Shown one piece after another: positions 25,301 through 35,970 of a DNA stretch of 64,000 nucleotides. Under the pieces are notes generated by a model. It was not told the origin of the DNA. It worked only from the letters and a program-made list of their open reading frames with translations, and made no database searches. The position numbers were made by a program, and so were the translations under genes. The first letter of the stretch is position 1. Each line of letters opens with the position of its first letter. The stretch comes from Mustelus asterias (taxonomy: Eukaryota): the NCBI RefSeq assembly GCF_964213995.1, contig NW_027590135.1, positions 1,054,001 to 1,118,000 of the forward strand. The letters run 5' to 3'.

Positions 25301-26560
25301 TTGTCTCGATCCTCTCCCCCCAACCTATCTAGTTTAAACTCTCCCCAGTAGCCTTAGCCAACCTTCCCACCAGGATATTGGTCCCCCTGGGATTCAAGTG
25401 CCACCCGTTTTGTGTGTACAGGTCACACCTGCCCCTAAAGAGGTTCCAATGGTCCAGGAACCTGAATCCCTGCCCCCTGCACCAGTCCCTCAGCCACACA
25501 TTCATCCTCCACCCCACTCCATTCCTGCCCTCACCTTCCCGTGGCACAGGCAGCAATCCTGAGATTACTACCTTTGCTTTCCTCCTTCTCAGCTGTCTCC
25601 CTAATTCCCTATATTCACTTTTCATGACCCCTTCCCCCTTCCTTCCCACATCAGCGGTACCAACATGTACCGCTACCTCTAGCTCCTCTCCCTCCCCCCT
25701 CAGGATTTCTGGGAGTCGACCAGCGACATCCTAGATCCCGGCCCCAGGAGGCAAACCACCATCCGAGACTCCCGCCTGCCTCCGCAAAAACGCCTGTCCG
25801 TCCCCCTGACTGTTGAGTCCCCAATTAACACTGCCTTCCTCCCCTTTTCCTTAGCCCTCTGAGTTCCAGGGCCGGACTCCACTCCGGAGACACGGCCACT
25901 GCTGCTTCCCCCAGGCGGGCTGTCCCCCCCAGCAGTACTCAGGCAGGAGTACTTGTTGTGTAGGGGCACATCCACCGGGGTGCTCTCAATCACCCGAGCT
26001 TTACCCTTCCTGGCCGTCACCCACTTGCCCTCCACCCGTGGCCCTGGTGTGACCACCTGATGATAGCTCTTGTCTATCACCTCCTAATTCTCCCTTAACA
26101 GCCTAAGATCCTCGAGCTGCAGTTCCAGCTCCTTAACACGGTCCCTCAGGAACCACAGCTCGACACACCCCTCACAGATATGGACGTCCGGGAGGCCAGG
26201 TGCCTCCAGGACCTCCCAAATCCTACACCGGGAACAATGCACTGGCTTCACACTCAGATTTTACCCTTTATACCAAGGTAAACAGAAAAATAAATAAGAA
26301 TTAAAACTCACCCCTGCTCGCCCAGTCCCCCGAAGCCCTGTGAGCCAAAGCCCTTATAGCTCACACTCTGCTTCCCAATCACTCCCCTGCCCGCTCCCGA
26401 CGCTGCCCGCTGCATACTGCAGCCTACCTTTTATACTTTGTGCGCTTAAAAAACCCTTCCCAGACTCCTGAGCAGCCCACTTCTGGTTTTCAGTTTAAAA
26501 TTAAGAAAAGAAAAATAGTACTCAAAATAAAGGCAAAAAAACACTAACTAACGAAATAAA
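22361..26560 (-). mobile_element. near full-length CR1/HER1 LINE; ORF1 esterase (about 25329-26250) and ORF2 endonuclease-RT (25323-22442) frameshifted
   Basis: 567-aa RT frame 22442-24145 (PGNYRPVSLTS, GVPQGSVLGP, KFADDTK); endonuclease YFNARSI/ITETW/VVMGDFN; GDS and LDHW/WHLN esterase motifs; (TTCTATGT)n tail. Confidence 0.95.
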
Positions 26561-26650
26561 TAATTAAATAAATCTCTCACCAGCACTCCTGCCACAAATC
26601 ACTCCCTCTCTGCTTGCTCCAGTGGAACAATGAGCAAAAAAACCCCTACT

Positions 26651-26686
26651 GGGCTCGTCCGGGATTTGAACCCGGGACCTCTCGCG
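26651..26686 (-). pseudogene. isolated 3' half of tRNA-Pro with Pol III terminator
   Basis: CGCGAGAGGTCCCGGGTTCAAATCCCGGACGAGCCC followed by T7 (A run 26636-26642); no 5' half visible. Confidence 0.8.
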
Positions 26687-26976
26687 TTTTAATGCTCGTT
26701 CCACAAATTCTGGTTCCTTTCTCTCATACATAGAAAAATGTTGCCTGGTCTTGAGGGTGTTGACTCTGAGGAGAGGTTGAATAAATGCGGATTGTTTTGA
26801 CTGAAAAGACAGAGGCTGAGGGGAGACCTGATAGAGGTCTACAAAATTGTGAGAGGCATAGACAGGGTGGATAATCAGAGGCTTTCTCCCAGGGTGGAAG
26901 TGTCAATTACAAGGGGCACATGTTCAAGGTGAGAGGGGGAAAGTTTAAGGGAGATGTGTGGGGGAGAATTTTCATG

Positions 26977-27356
26977 ATGTGGAGATGCCGGCGTTGGACT
27001 GGGGTAAGCACAGTAAGAAGTCTCAACACCAGGTTAAAGTCCAACAGGTTTATTTGGTAGCAAATACCATAAGCTTTCGGAGCGCTGCTCCTTCGTCAGA
27101 TGGAGTGGATATCTGTTCTCAAACAGGGCACAGACACAGAAATCAAATTACAGAATACTGATTAGAATGCAAATCTCTACAGCCAGCCAGGTCTTAAATG
27201 TACAATGTGGGTGGAGGGAGCATTCAATACAGGTTAAAGAGATGTGTATTGTCTCCAGACAGAACAGCTGACGAAGGAGCTCTGCTCCGAAAGCTTATGG
27301 TATTTGCTACCAAATAAACCTGTTGGACTTTAACCTGGTGTTGTGAGACTTCTTAC
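26977..27356. mobile_element. fold-back Penelope-derived element with 14-bp TSD and two divergently oriented hammerhead motifs
   Basis: About 85-bp inverted repeats; TSD GGAGAATTTTCATG at 26963-26976 and 27357-27370; interior matches the Penelope 3' UTR at about 6700-6855. Confidence 0.9.
27067..27103 (-). ncRNA. minimal type I hammerhead ribozyme motif
   Basis: CCAU CUGACGA A GGAGC-AGC-GCUCC GAAA GCUU AUGG. Confidence 0.75.
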
Positions 27357-28316
27357 GGAGAATTTTCATGCAGAGTGGTGGATACCTGGAACATGCTGCC
27401 ACAGGAGGTGGTGGAAGCAGGCACATTAACAACATGTAAGAGACATCTGGATTGGTCCATGAATAGGGAGGGAACGGAGAGATACGGACTGAGTAACGGT
27501 AGAAGGTTTTTTTTTAAGTCTAGTTCGGGCATCATTTCGATACAGGCTTGGAGGGCCGAAGGGCCTGTTCTTGAGCTGCACTTTTCTTTGTTTTCTTTAA
27601 ACAGCGAATAGAAGCAAGAGTCGGCCATTCGGCCCATTGAGCCTGCTCTACCATTCATTATGATCATCGCTGATCAAATTCTCTTTCCTGATGCCACCTT
27701 CCACCCATATCCCTTAATCCCTTTCGCCGCAAGAGCTACATTTAATTCCTTCTTGACATCACACATTTTGGCCTCAGCTATTTTCTGCATTAGCGATTTC
27801 CACAGATTCACCACTCTCTGGTGGAGAAATTTCTCCTCGCCTCGGTCTTAAAAGTTTACCCTTTATCCTCACACAAAGGATATCGGTAACATTCTTCCTG
27901 AATCTACCCTTTCTAGTCCTGTTAGAATTTTATAAGTTCCTATGAGACCCCTCTCAATCTTCTAAACTCCAATGAACATAATCCTAACTAACTTCATCTT
28001 TCTTCATACGACACTTGCCATCCCAGGAATCAACCTGGTGAACCTTCGCTGCACTCCCCCTGTAGCAAGGACATCCTTCCTCAGATAAGGACCTCAAAAC
28101 TGCACACAATACTCCAGGTGTGGCCTCATCATTGCCCTATACAATTGCAGTAAAACATCCCTATTCCGAGACACAAATCCTCTTGCTCTCAAGGCCAACA
28201 TACAATTTGCTGTCTTTTTGTCTCTGTACTTATGCACTTACTTTCAGCGACTGAACAAAGAACAGTACAGCACAGGAACAGGCCCTCTCGCCCACCAAGT
28301 CTGTGCCGATGCCTCT

Positions 28317-28782
28317 TGTAATGACTTCAATCAGGCCATTGAGATTGGCCTATTGGAGCATGAACTCCCTGATTCAGGATCCACGGGCGCAGTTGACGCC
28401 TTCCGCGACCGCTGGGCACCGCAGGGGCTGGGGTGTATTATCGACCCTGATAATCACCTTTTGGTTTGATGTTTTAAGTTTCCTTTCGACTTTGTTTTTT
28501 GGTTCGGGCTGTTCCCCCTTCCTTTTGGGGAGCTGCCCCTTTTAATTTGTCCCTAAGTTAATTTGAGTTTGTTTACTTGGTTGGTGTTGAAAGAAATCCC
28601 TGATTCAGGATCCAATTGATGGGCCAATCAGGGAGTCTTTGCCTTGTACTTAACTGGGAATGTCAATTCCTCTAACACCCCCGGAGGTAGACTGCGAACT
28701 GTCAGCACTCTGTGTACTGCTGTTAGAGTTGTAAATAAGGGCGTTTTGATGAAGGAACTTCTGCCTCCGCAGACTTATTACA
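28317..28782. mobile_element. solo LTR with 5-bp TSD
   Basis: TGTAAT...ATTACA termini; TSD CCTCT at 28312-28316 and 28783-28787; internal CCAAT boxes. Confidence 0.8.
28384..28596 (+). mobile_element. 5'-truncated Tx1/L1-like retrotransposon end inside the solo LTR, 18-bp TSD
   Basis: TSD TCCCTGATTCAGGATCCA at 28366-28383 and 28597-28614; frame AVDAFRDRWAPQGLGCIIDPDNHLLV*, T-rich 3' UTR, short A-rich tail. Confidence 0.7.
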
Positions 28783-29767
28783 CCTCTCTCATCTAATATT
28801 TTCTTGCCTCGATGTGGTCCATATCCCTCTGTTCCCTGCTGATTCATGTATCTATCCAGATGCCTCTTGAACGTTGTTACAGAATCTGCTTCCACTACTT
28901 CCTCTGGCACGTTCTGGGCATTCACCACTCTCTGTCTGAAAAACTTGCCCCTTACATCTCTTTTAAACTTTCCCTCTCTCACTCTCACCTTTGTCTCGAG
29001 TTATTGACCCCTCGACCCTGGGAAAAAGACTCTGACAATCCACTCTATCCAACCCTGTCATAATCTTGTAAACCTCTCTCAGGTCCCCCCTCATCCTCCG
29101 ATGCTCCAAAGAAAACAATCCACGTTTGTTCAACCTTCTTCATAGTCTGTATCCTCCAAACCAGGCAACATCCTGGAAAATCTCTTCTGCACCCTTTCCA
29201 ATGCATCAACATCCTTGCGGAAGTGTGGCGATCAGAATTGTACACAATATTCCAAATGTGGCCGAACCAAAGTCTTACGCATTAAGACTTGATTGTACTG
29301 ACTGATGCACAAGGACACCGAGGTCTCGCTGAGTATCCACCTCTCTTAATTTACACCCCTTCAAATAATAATCTGCCTTCCTATTTTTGCTACTGAAGTG
29401 AGTAATGAAGTGGTCACTGCATATTTACCCACATTATACTGCATCTGCCATGTACATGCCCACACACTCAGCCAGTCCAAATCGCGCTGAAGGATCTCTG
29501 CATCCTCCTCACAGCTCACCCTCCCACCAATGTTGTATCATCTACATATTTGGAGATAATACATTTAGTTCCCACGTCCAAATCATTAATATATAATATG
29601 AACAGTTGGGGTCCTAGCGCTGATCCCTGCGGTCCTCCACTAATCACTGCCTTCCAATTGGAAAAAGACCCATTTATGCCATGTTTTTACTTCCTGTCTG
29701 TTAATCAGCTTTCTATCCATCTCAAGACGCTACCCACAATCCCATGTACTTTACCTTTACATAGTAG

Positions 29768-30070
29768 AGGAGCGGCACAATGGTTACCACTGCTGTCTCA
29801 CAGCGCCAAGGACCCAGGTTCGATTCCCGGCTTGGGTCACTGTCTGTGTGGAGTCTGCACGTTCCCTCCGTGTCTGTGTGTGTTTCCTCTGGGTACTCCA
29901 GTTCCTCCCACAGTCTGAAAGACGTGCTGGTTCGGTGCATTGGTCATGCTAAATTCTCCCTCAGTCTACCTGAACAGCCGCCGGAGTATGGCGACGAGGG
30001 GATTTTCGCAATAACTTCATTGCAGTGTTAATGTAAACCTACTTGTGACACAAATAAACAAACTTTAACC
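29768..30070 (+). mobile_element. V-SINE (HE1-type head with a different 3' tail)
   Basis: GCGGCACAATGGTTACCACTGCTG...GGTTCGATTCCCGGC head; tail AACTTCATTGCAGTGTTAATGTAAACCTACTTGTGAC, also on - strand at about 15530-15640. Confidence 0.75.
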
Positions 30071-30394
30071 TTTAACAATTAAAAACATTGTGAGCGACCC
30101 TGTCGAACGTCTTCTGAAATTCTAAATAAACAACATCAACCCGTTCTTCCTGGTCAACTCAACCAGTTACATCCTCGAAGAACTTCAGTAGTTTTATCAA
30201 GCATGATTTCCCTTTGTAAATCCATGCTGACTTTATCTGATCATAACACTGCTTTCCAAACGCTTGGTAATGGGCTCGAGCAGCTGCCCTACGACTGACG
30301 TTCGGCTGACTGGTCATTGGTTCCCTCTTTCCTCTCTACCTCTGTTTTTGAATGCAGGGTTTAGATTAGTTACCTCTCTATCCCTTGAAAGTAG

Positions 30395-30665
30395 TGACTC
30401 TGGCTGGGTTCAGTTCTACACTCACTGGTTCCTCTCTCTCTCTCTCTCTCCTGAAGGTGCTGACTCTGGCTGGGTTCAGTTCTACACTCACTGGTTCCTC
30501 TCTCTCTCCTGAAGGTGCTGACTCTGGCTGGGTTCAGTTCTACACTCACTGGTTCCTCTCTCTCTCTCTCTCTCTCCTGAAGGTGCTGACTCTGGCTGGG
30601 TTCAGTTCTACACTCACTGGTTCCTCTCTCTCTCTCCTGAAGGTGCTGACTCTGGCTGGGTTCTG
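30395..30665. repeat. about 60-66-bp minisatellite, about 4.5 units with variable (CT)n
   Basis: Unit CCTGAAGGTGCTGACTCTGGCTGGGTTCAGTTCTACACTCACTGGTTC(CT)n; diverged copy at 22269-22350. Confidence 0.9.
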
Positions 30666-32903
30666 TTCAGACACTGGAAATCTGCAATTAAAGCAGAAAA
30701 GAAAGCTCAGCCGAGTGGGCAGCATCTGTTTACAGAGAGAAACAGAGTTAGTGTTTCAGGGTTGTGACCTTTCATCAGAACTTGAAAACATAGAAACTCG
30801 GAACAGGAGTCGGCCATTCAGCCCTTCGTGTCTGTGCCATCATTCCATGTGATCATGGCTGATCCTCTATCTCAATTCCATATTCTGTTTTTTCCCAATA
30901 CCCCTTGATGCAATTAAAATCTTTAAAAAATCTCTCTCTCCTTCTTGAACCTATGCAGTGACTTGGTCTTCACAGCTTCTTTGGTAGAGAATTCCATAGG
31001 TTCACCACCCTCTGAGTGAAGAAATTTCCCCTCATCTCATTCCTAAATGGTGTACCCCGTATCCTAAGACTGAGCCCTATTGTTTTACATTCAAAGAACA
31101 AAGAAAATTACAGCACAGGAACAGGCCCTTCAGCCCTCGAAGCCTGCACCGACCATGCTGCCCAATTGAACTAAAACCCCCTACCCTTCCTGGGACCATA
31201 TCCCTCTATTCCCATCCTATTCATGTATTTGTCAAGACGCCCCTTAAAAGTCACTACCGTATCCACTTCCACTACCTCCCCTGGCAACGGGTTCCAGGCA
31301 CCCACTACTCTCTGTGTAAAAAATCTGCCTCGTACATCTTCTTTAAACCTTGCCCCTGGCACCTTCAACCTGTGCCCCCTGGTTATTGACTCTTCCACCC
31401 TGGGAAAAAGCTTCTGACTATCCACTCTGTCCATGCCTCTCATAATCTTGTAGACGTCTATCAGGTCGCCTCTCAACCTCTGTCGTTCCAGTGAGAACAA
31501 ACCAAGTTTCTCCAACCTCTCCTCATAGCTAATGCCCTCCATACCAAGCAACATCCTGGTAAACCTTTTCTGCACTCTCTCTGGCGACCAGAACTGGACG
31601 CAGTATTCCAAATGTAGCCTAACCAACGTTCTATATAACTGCAACATCATATGCCAACTTTTATACTCTATGCCCCGTCCAATAAAGGCAAGCATGCCAT
31701 ATGCCTTCTTCACCACCTTTTCTACCTGTGCTGCCAGCTCTAAGGATCTGTGGACTTGCACACCCAGATCCCTCTGCGTGTCTATACTCCTGATGGGTCT
31801 GCCATTTATTGTATAGCTCCCTCCTGCATTAGATCTACCAAAATGCATCACTTCGCATTTATCTGGATTAAATTCCATCTGCCATTTCTCCGTCCAATTT
31901 TCCAGCCTATCTATATACTGCTGTATTCTCTGACAATGTTCATCACTATCCGCAACTCCAGCAATCTTTGTGTCGTCTGCAAACTTACTAATCAGACCAG
32001 CTACATCTTCTTCCAAATCATTTATATATATCACAAACAGCAGAGGTCCCAGTACAGAGCCCTGCGGAACACCACGAGTCACAAACCTCCAATCAGAAAA
32101 AGACCCCTCCACTGCTACCCTCTGTCTTCTATGGCCAAGCCAGTTCTGTACCCATCTAGCTAGTTCACCTTTGATCCCGTGAGATTTAATCTTTTGCACC
32201 AGTCTGCCATGAGGGACCTTGTCAAATGCTTTACTAAAATCCATGTAGACGACATCCACGGCCCTTCCCTCGTCTATCATTTTTGTCACCTCCTCAAAAA
32301 ACTCAACCAAATTTGTGAGGCATGACCTCCCTCATACAAAACCATGTTGTCTATCGCTAATGAGACTATTCAGTTCTAAATGTGTATAGATCCTATCTCT
32401 AAGAATCTTCTCCAACAATTTCCCTACCACGGACGTCAAGCTCACTGGCCTATAATTACCCGGGTTATCCTTGCTACCCTTCTTAAATAACGGGACCACA
32501 TTTGCTATCCTCCAATCCTCTGGGACCTCACCTGTGTCCAATGAAGAAACAAAGATTTCTGTTAGAGGCCCAGCAATTTCATCTCTTGTCTCTCTCAATA
32601 ATCTAGGACAGATGCCATCTGGCCCTGGGGATTTGTCTACCTTTATGCTTCCTAAAACACCTAACACTTCCTCCCTTGTAATTGCGATTTGTTCTAACGG
32701 GTCTACACATCCCTCTGAGACACTACCAATCAACATGTCCCTCTTCTTTGTGAATACTGATGCAAAGTATTCATTTAGGATCTCACCTACTTCCTTGGGT
32801 TCTCAGCATAATTCCCCTCCTTTGTTCTTGAGAGGTCCGACTCTTTCTCTGACAACCCTCTTGTTCCTAACATATGTATAAAATGCCTTGGGATTCTCCT
32901 TAA

Positions 32904-33026
32904 TGAAGGGGCAGCGCTCCGAACCTAGTGGCTTGTGCTACCAAATAAACCTGTTTGACTTTAACCTGGTATTGCGAGACTTCTTGCTGTGTTTATCCCA
33001 GTCCAACGCCGGCATCTCCACATCAT
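32904..33026 (+). mobile_element. Penelope terminal fragment at a CR1 deletion junction
   Basis: GCTACCAAATAAACCTG...CCCAGTCCAACGCCGGCATCTCCACATC flanked by ATTCTCCTTAA on both sides. Confidence 0.8.
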
Positions 33027-33370
33027 ATTCTCCTTAACCAGTAGTGCAACTCCCCCACCCCTTTTACATCCCCCTCTATCCCGCCTGAAACATCTGTATC
33101 CTGGAATGTTAAGCTGCCAATCCTGTCCTTCCCTTAACCAAGTCTCTGTAATGGCAACAACATCGTATTTCCTAGTACTAATCCAAGCTCTAAGTTCATC
33201 TGCCTTACCTGTAACACTTCTCGCATTGAAACAGATGCACTTCAGTCCACCAGACCCTCTTTGATTATGAACCCCACCCTGCCTGCTGTTTCTCTGGGTC
33301 TTACTGGCCCGACTCTCCGGTTCTCCTTCAGCTAATACACCTTTGCTTTGGTTCCCACCCCCCTGCTAAA

Positions 33371-34288
33371 CTAGTTTAAATCCTTCCATGTGACATTGGC
33401 AAACCTCCCGGCCAGAATATTTGTGCCCTCCCAGTTTAGATGCAACCTGTCCTCCTTATACAGGTCCCATCTGCCCCGAAAGAGACTCCAATCGTCCAGA
33501 TATCTGAAACCCTCCCTCCTGCACCAGCTGTTTAGCCACGTGTTGAGCTGCACTATCTTTCTATCCCTAGCCTCACTGGCATGTGGCACAGGGAGTAATC
33601 CTGTGATTACAACCCTTGAGATCCTGCTTTTTAACTTTCTACCTAACTCCCTAAACTGCTGCTGCAGGACCTCATCACTCCTCCTACCTATGTCGTTAGT
33701 ACCAATATGTACCACGACCTCTGGCTGTTCACCCTCTCCCTTCAGAATGCTTTCTGTCTGTTCAGTGACATCCTGGACCCTGGCACCAGGGAGGCAACAT
33801 ACCATCCTGGAGTCTCTTTCACGTCCACAGAAACGCCTATCTACACCCCTAACTATAGAATCCCCTACAACTATTGTTCTAGTGCTCTTTGTCCCTCCCT
33901 GCTTAACAACAGAGCCAGCCATGGTGCCACTGCTTTGGCTGCTGCTGCTGTTATTCCCTGAAAGCCCATCTCCCCCAACAGTATCCAAAATGGTATACTT
34001 GTTAGAGAGGGGGATGACCACAGGGGATTCCTGCACTGACTGCCTGCCCCTTCTGGCGGTCACCCATCCATCTGCCTGCACCTTGGGTGTGACCACGTCT
34101 CTAAATCTCCTATCTATGATGCTTTCCGCCTCCTTCATGCTCCTAAGGGCATCCAACTGCTGCTCCAACCTATCCATGCGGTCTGAAAGGAGCTGCAATT
34201 GGGTGCACTTCCTGCAGACATAGTTGTCCGAGATGCTGGAAGCCCCGGATCTCCCACATCCCAGAAGTGCAACACTTAACCCCACCAA
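33371..34288 (-). CDS. CR1 ORF1p: Cys motif, coiled coil and SGNH esterase domain
   Basis: CRKC, LEQQLDALR, IVVGDSIVRG, CCLPGA, VVVHIGTNDIG, DRLHLN in a 305-aa open frame; true start uncertain. Confidence 0.85.
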   Translation of the reverse strand: MVGLSVALLGCGRSGASSISDNYVCRKCTQLQLLSDRMDRLEQQLDALRSMKEAESIIDRRFRDVVTPKVQADGWVTARRGRQSVQESPVVIPLSNKYTILDTVGGDGLSGNNSSSSQSSGTMAGSVVKQGGTKSTRTIVVGDSIVRGVDRRFCGRERDSRMVCCLPGARVQDVTEQTESILKGEGEQPEVVVHIGTNDIGRRSDEVLQQQFRELGRKLKSRISRVVITGLLPVPHASEARDRKIVQLNTWLNSWCRREGFRYLDDWSLFRGRWDLYKEDRLHLNWEGTNILAGRFANVTWKDLN

Positions 34289-35384
34289 CCGACATTTCGA
34301 GCACCAATTAAATTATTTGAGAAAATTTATAAAACTCTTACCTTCACTTTTACCAACTCACAGTGGCCTTATTTTTGGTTCGAGGAGGGAGCGAGGGAAA
34401 CACTAATGTAGTGTTTCGGGTTTACCGCTCCTTGACACCAGATCTTCAGCTTCCCACTTCTTGGTAAATGTTGCTGGTCCGACTTCTCCCAGAATGCACC
34501 AGTGAAGTCCCTCAGCCGCCTCGACCGGATGCTCTAACTCCTGTTTTTCACTGGAGGTGATCTTCCGCTTTCCACTTCTTGGTAAATGTTGCTGGTTCCC
34601 CAACCACGGAAAACATCCTTCCTGCATGTAGTCTGTCCAGCCTGTTAGAATTTTATATGTTTTAATCAGATCTCATCTGATCCTTTCCTTTCTGTTTTTC
34701 ACACCAAAGTGTATAACTTCACATTTAGCCGCGTTGTACTGCATCTGCCATGTGTTTGTTCACTCACTCAAGTTGTCCAAATCACCTTGAAACCTCCTTG
34801 CATCCTCCTCACAACTCACAATTCTGCCCAGTTTTGTGTTGTCAGCAAACGTGGAAATGTTACATTTGGTTCCCTCATCCAGGTCGTATATGTGAATACG
34901 CGCTGAAAAATGGGATGAGAATAGATCGGTGCTGATGGCTGGTGCATACACGAGGGGCTGAATGGCCTCTTTCTGTGATGCAAAATTCGATGACTCTCTG
35001 ACCTCTTAAAGAAGTCATTCATTTGGGAACTCCTGAGATAATGATTGGTTCGATAGAAATAAAGATCTCTTGTCTTTTCTCTGGTGTCTTACACTTTGCT
35101 CCTTGCTTCCTGACAGGAATCTCCAAACTGGGGGAATTGTGGATCCTGGTGACATCACCCTGTTGGGGATGAAGCTATTGTCACAGGGTCCTGTGTTGTC
35201 AATGTACCGACCCGTTACCATAGTTACCCAGTTTCACTGGATGTTGGCAGAATGTTTACCATCGGTTTGGTGGTCGACCTGCCAGCTGTTCATATGGAAT
35301 ACAGATGCTGTGAGTGAGCATTGACCACCTCCCACTTAGAGCAATGACGGTGACAACCTGCATCATTTCCTATTGGGACTAGAG

Positions 35385-35970
35385 GCATAGTCATAGAGTG
35401 ACAGAGATTTACAGCTGGAAACAGGCCCTTCAGCCCAACTCATCCATGCTGCCCAGATTTTGCCATTAAACTAGTCCAGGTGCCTGCGTTTGCCCCATAT
35501 TCCTCCATACCAATCTTACCCATGTAACTATCTAAATGCTTTTTAAAAGGCAAAATTGTAACCACCTCGACGACTACCTCTGGCAGCTCGTTGCAGACAC
35601 TCACCACCGTCTGTGCAAAAATTGCCCCTCTGGACCCTTTTGTGTTTCTCCCCTCTCACCTTAAACCTATGCCCTCCACTTTTAAACTCCCCGATCTTTG
35701 AGAAAAGACATTGACTTTCGAGCTGATCTATAGCCCTCATTATTTTATAGATCTCTATAAGATCATCCCTAAGCCTCCTGCACTCCAGGGAAAAAGTCCC
35801 AGTCTATTCAGCCTCTCATAACTCAAACCATCAAGTCCCGGTAGCATCCTAGTAAATCTTTTTTGCACTCTTTCAAATTTAATAATATTCTTTCTATAAT
35901 AGAGTGACCAGAACTGCACACGGTATTCCTAGTGTGGCCTTACCAATGTCTTGTGCAACTTCAACATGAC
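35385..35970 (-). mobile_element. CR1 3' fragment
   Basis: GGHRFKVRGEK frame; GACCAGAACTGCACACGGTATTCC. Confidence 0.85.

Larger units (their letters stand above)
26737..27600 (+). mobile_element. CR1 3' fragment hosting a Penelope-derived insertion
   Basis: AGGCTGAGGGGAGACCTGATAGAGGTCTACAAAAT; tail GGAGGGCCGAAGGGCCTGTT. Confidence 0.85.
27600..30380 (-). mobile_element. nested CR1 fragments on the minus strand
   Basis: AACCTTCGCTGCACTCC, CACAATACTCCAGGTGTGGCCT, TGATCCCTGCGG RT motifs, interrupted by a younger CR1 (about 28253-29280), an LTR and a SINE. Confidence 0.75.
31093..34600 (-). mobile_element. CR1/HER1 LINE with open ORF1 and internally deleted, frameshifted ORF2
   Basis: RT frames 31171-32310 and 32332-32736; tail CAAAGAACAAAGAAAATTACAGCACAGG on + strand; 5' UTR direct repeat at about 34451 and 34570. 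Confidence 0.95.

Noticed and set aside
33390-34223. 277-aa ORF antisense to CR1 ORF1
   Set aside because: No recognisable motifs; antisense shadow of a TE ORF.
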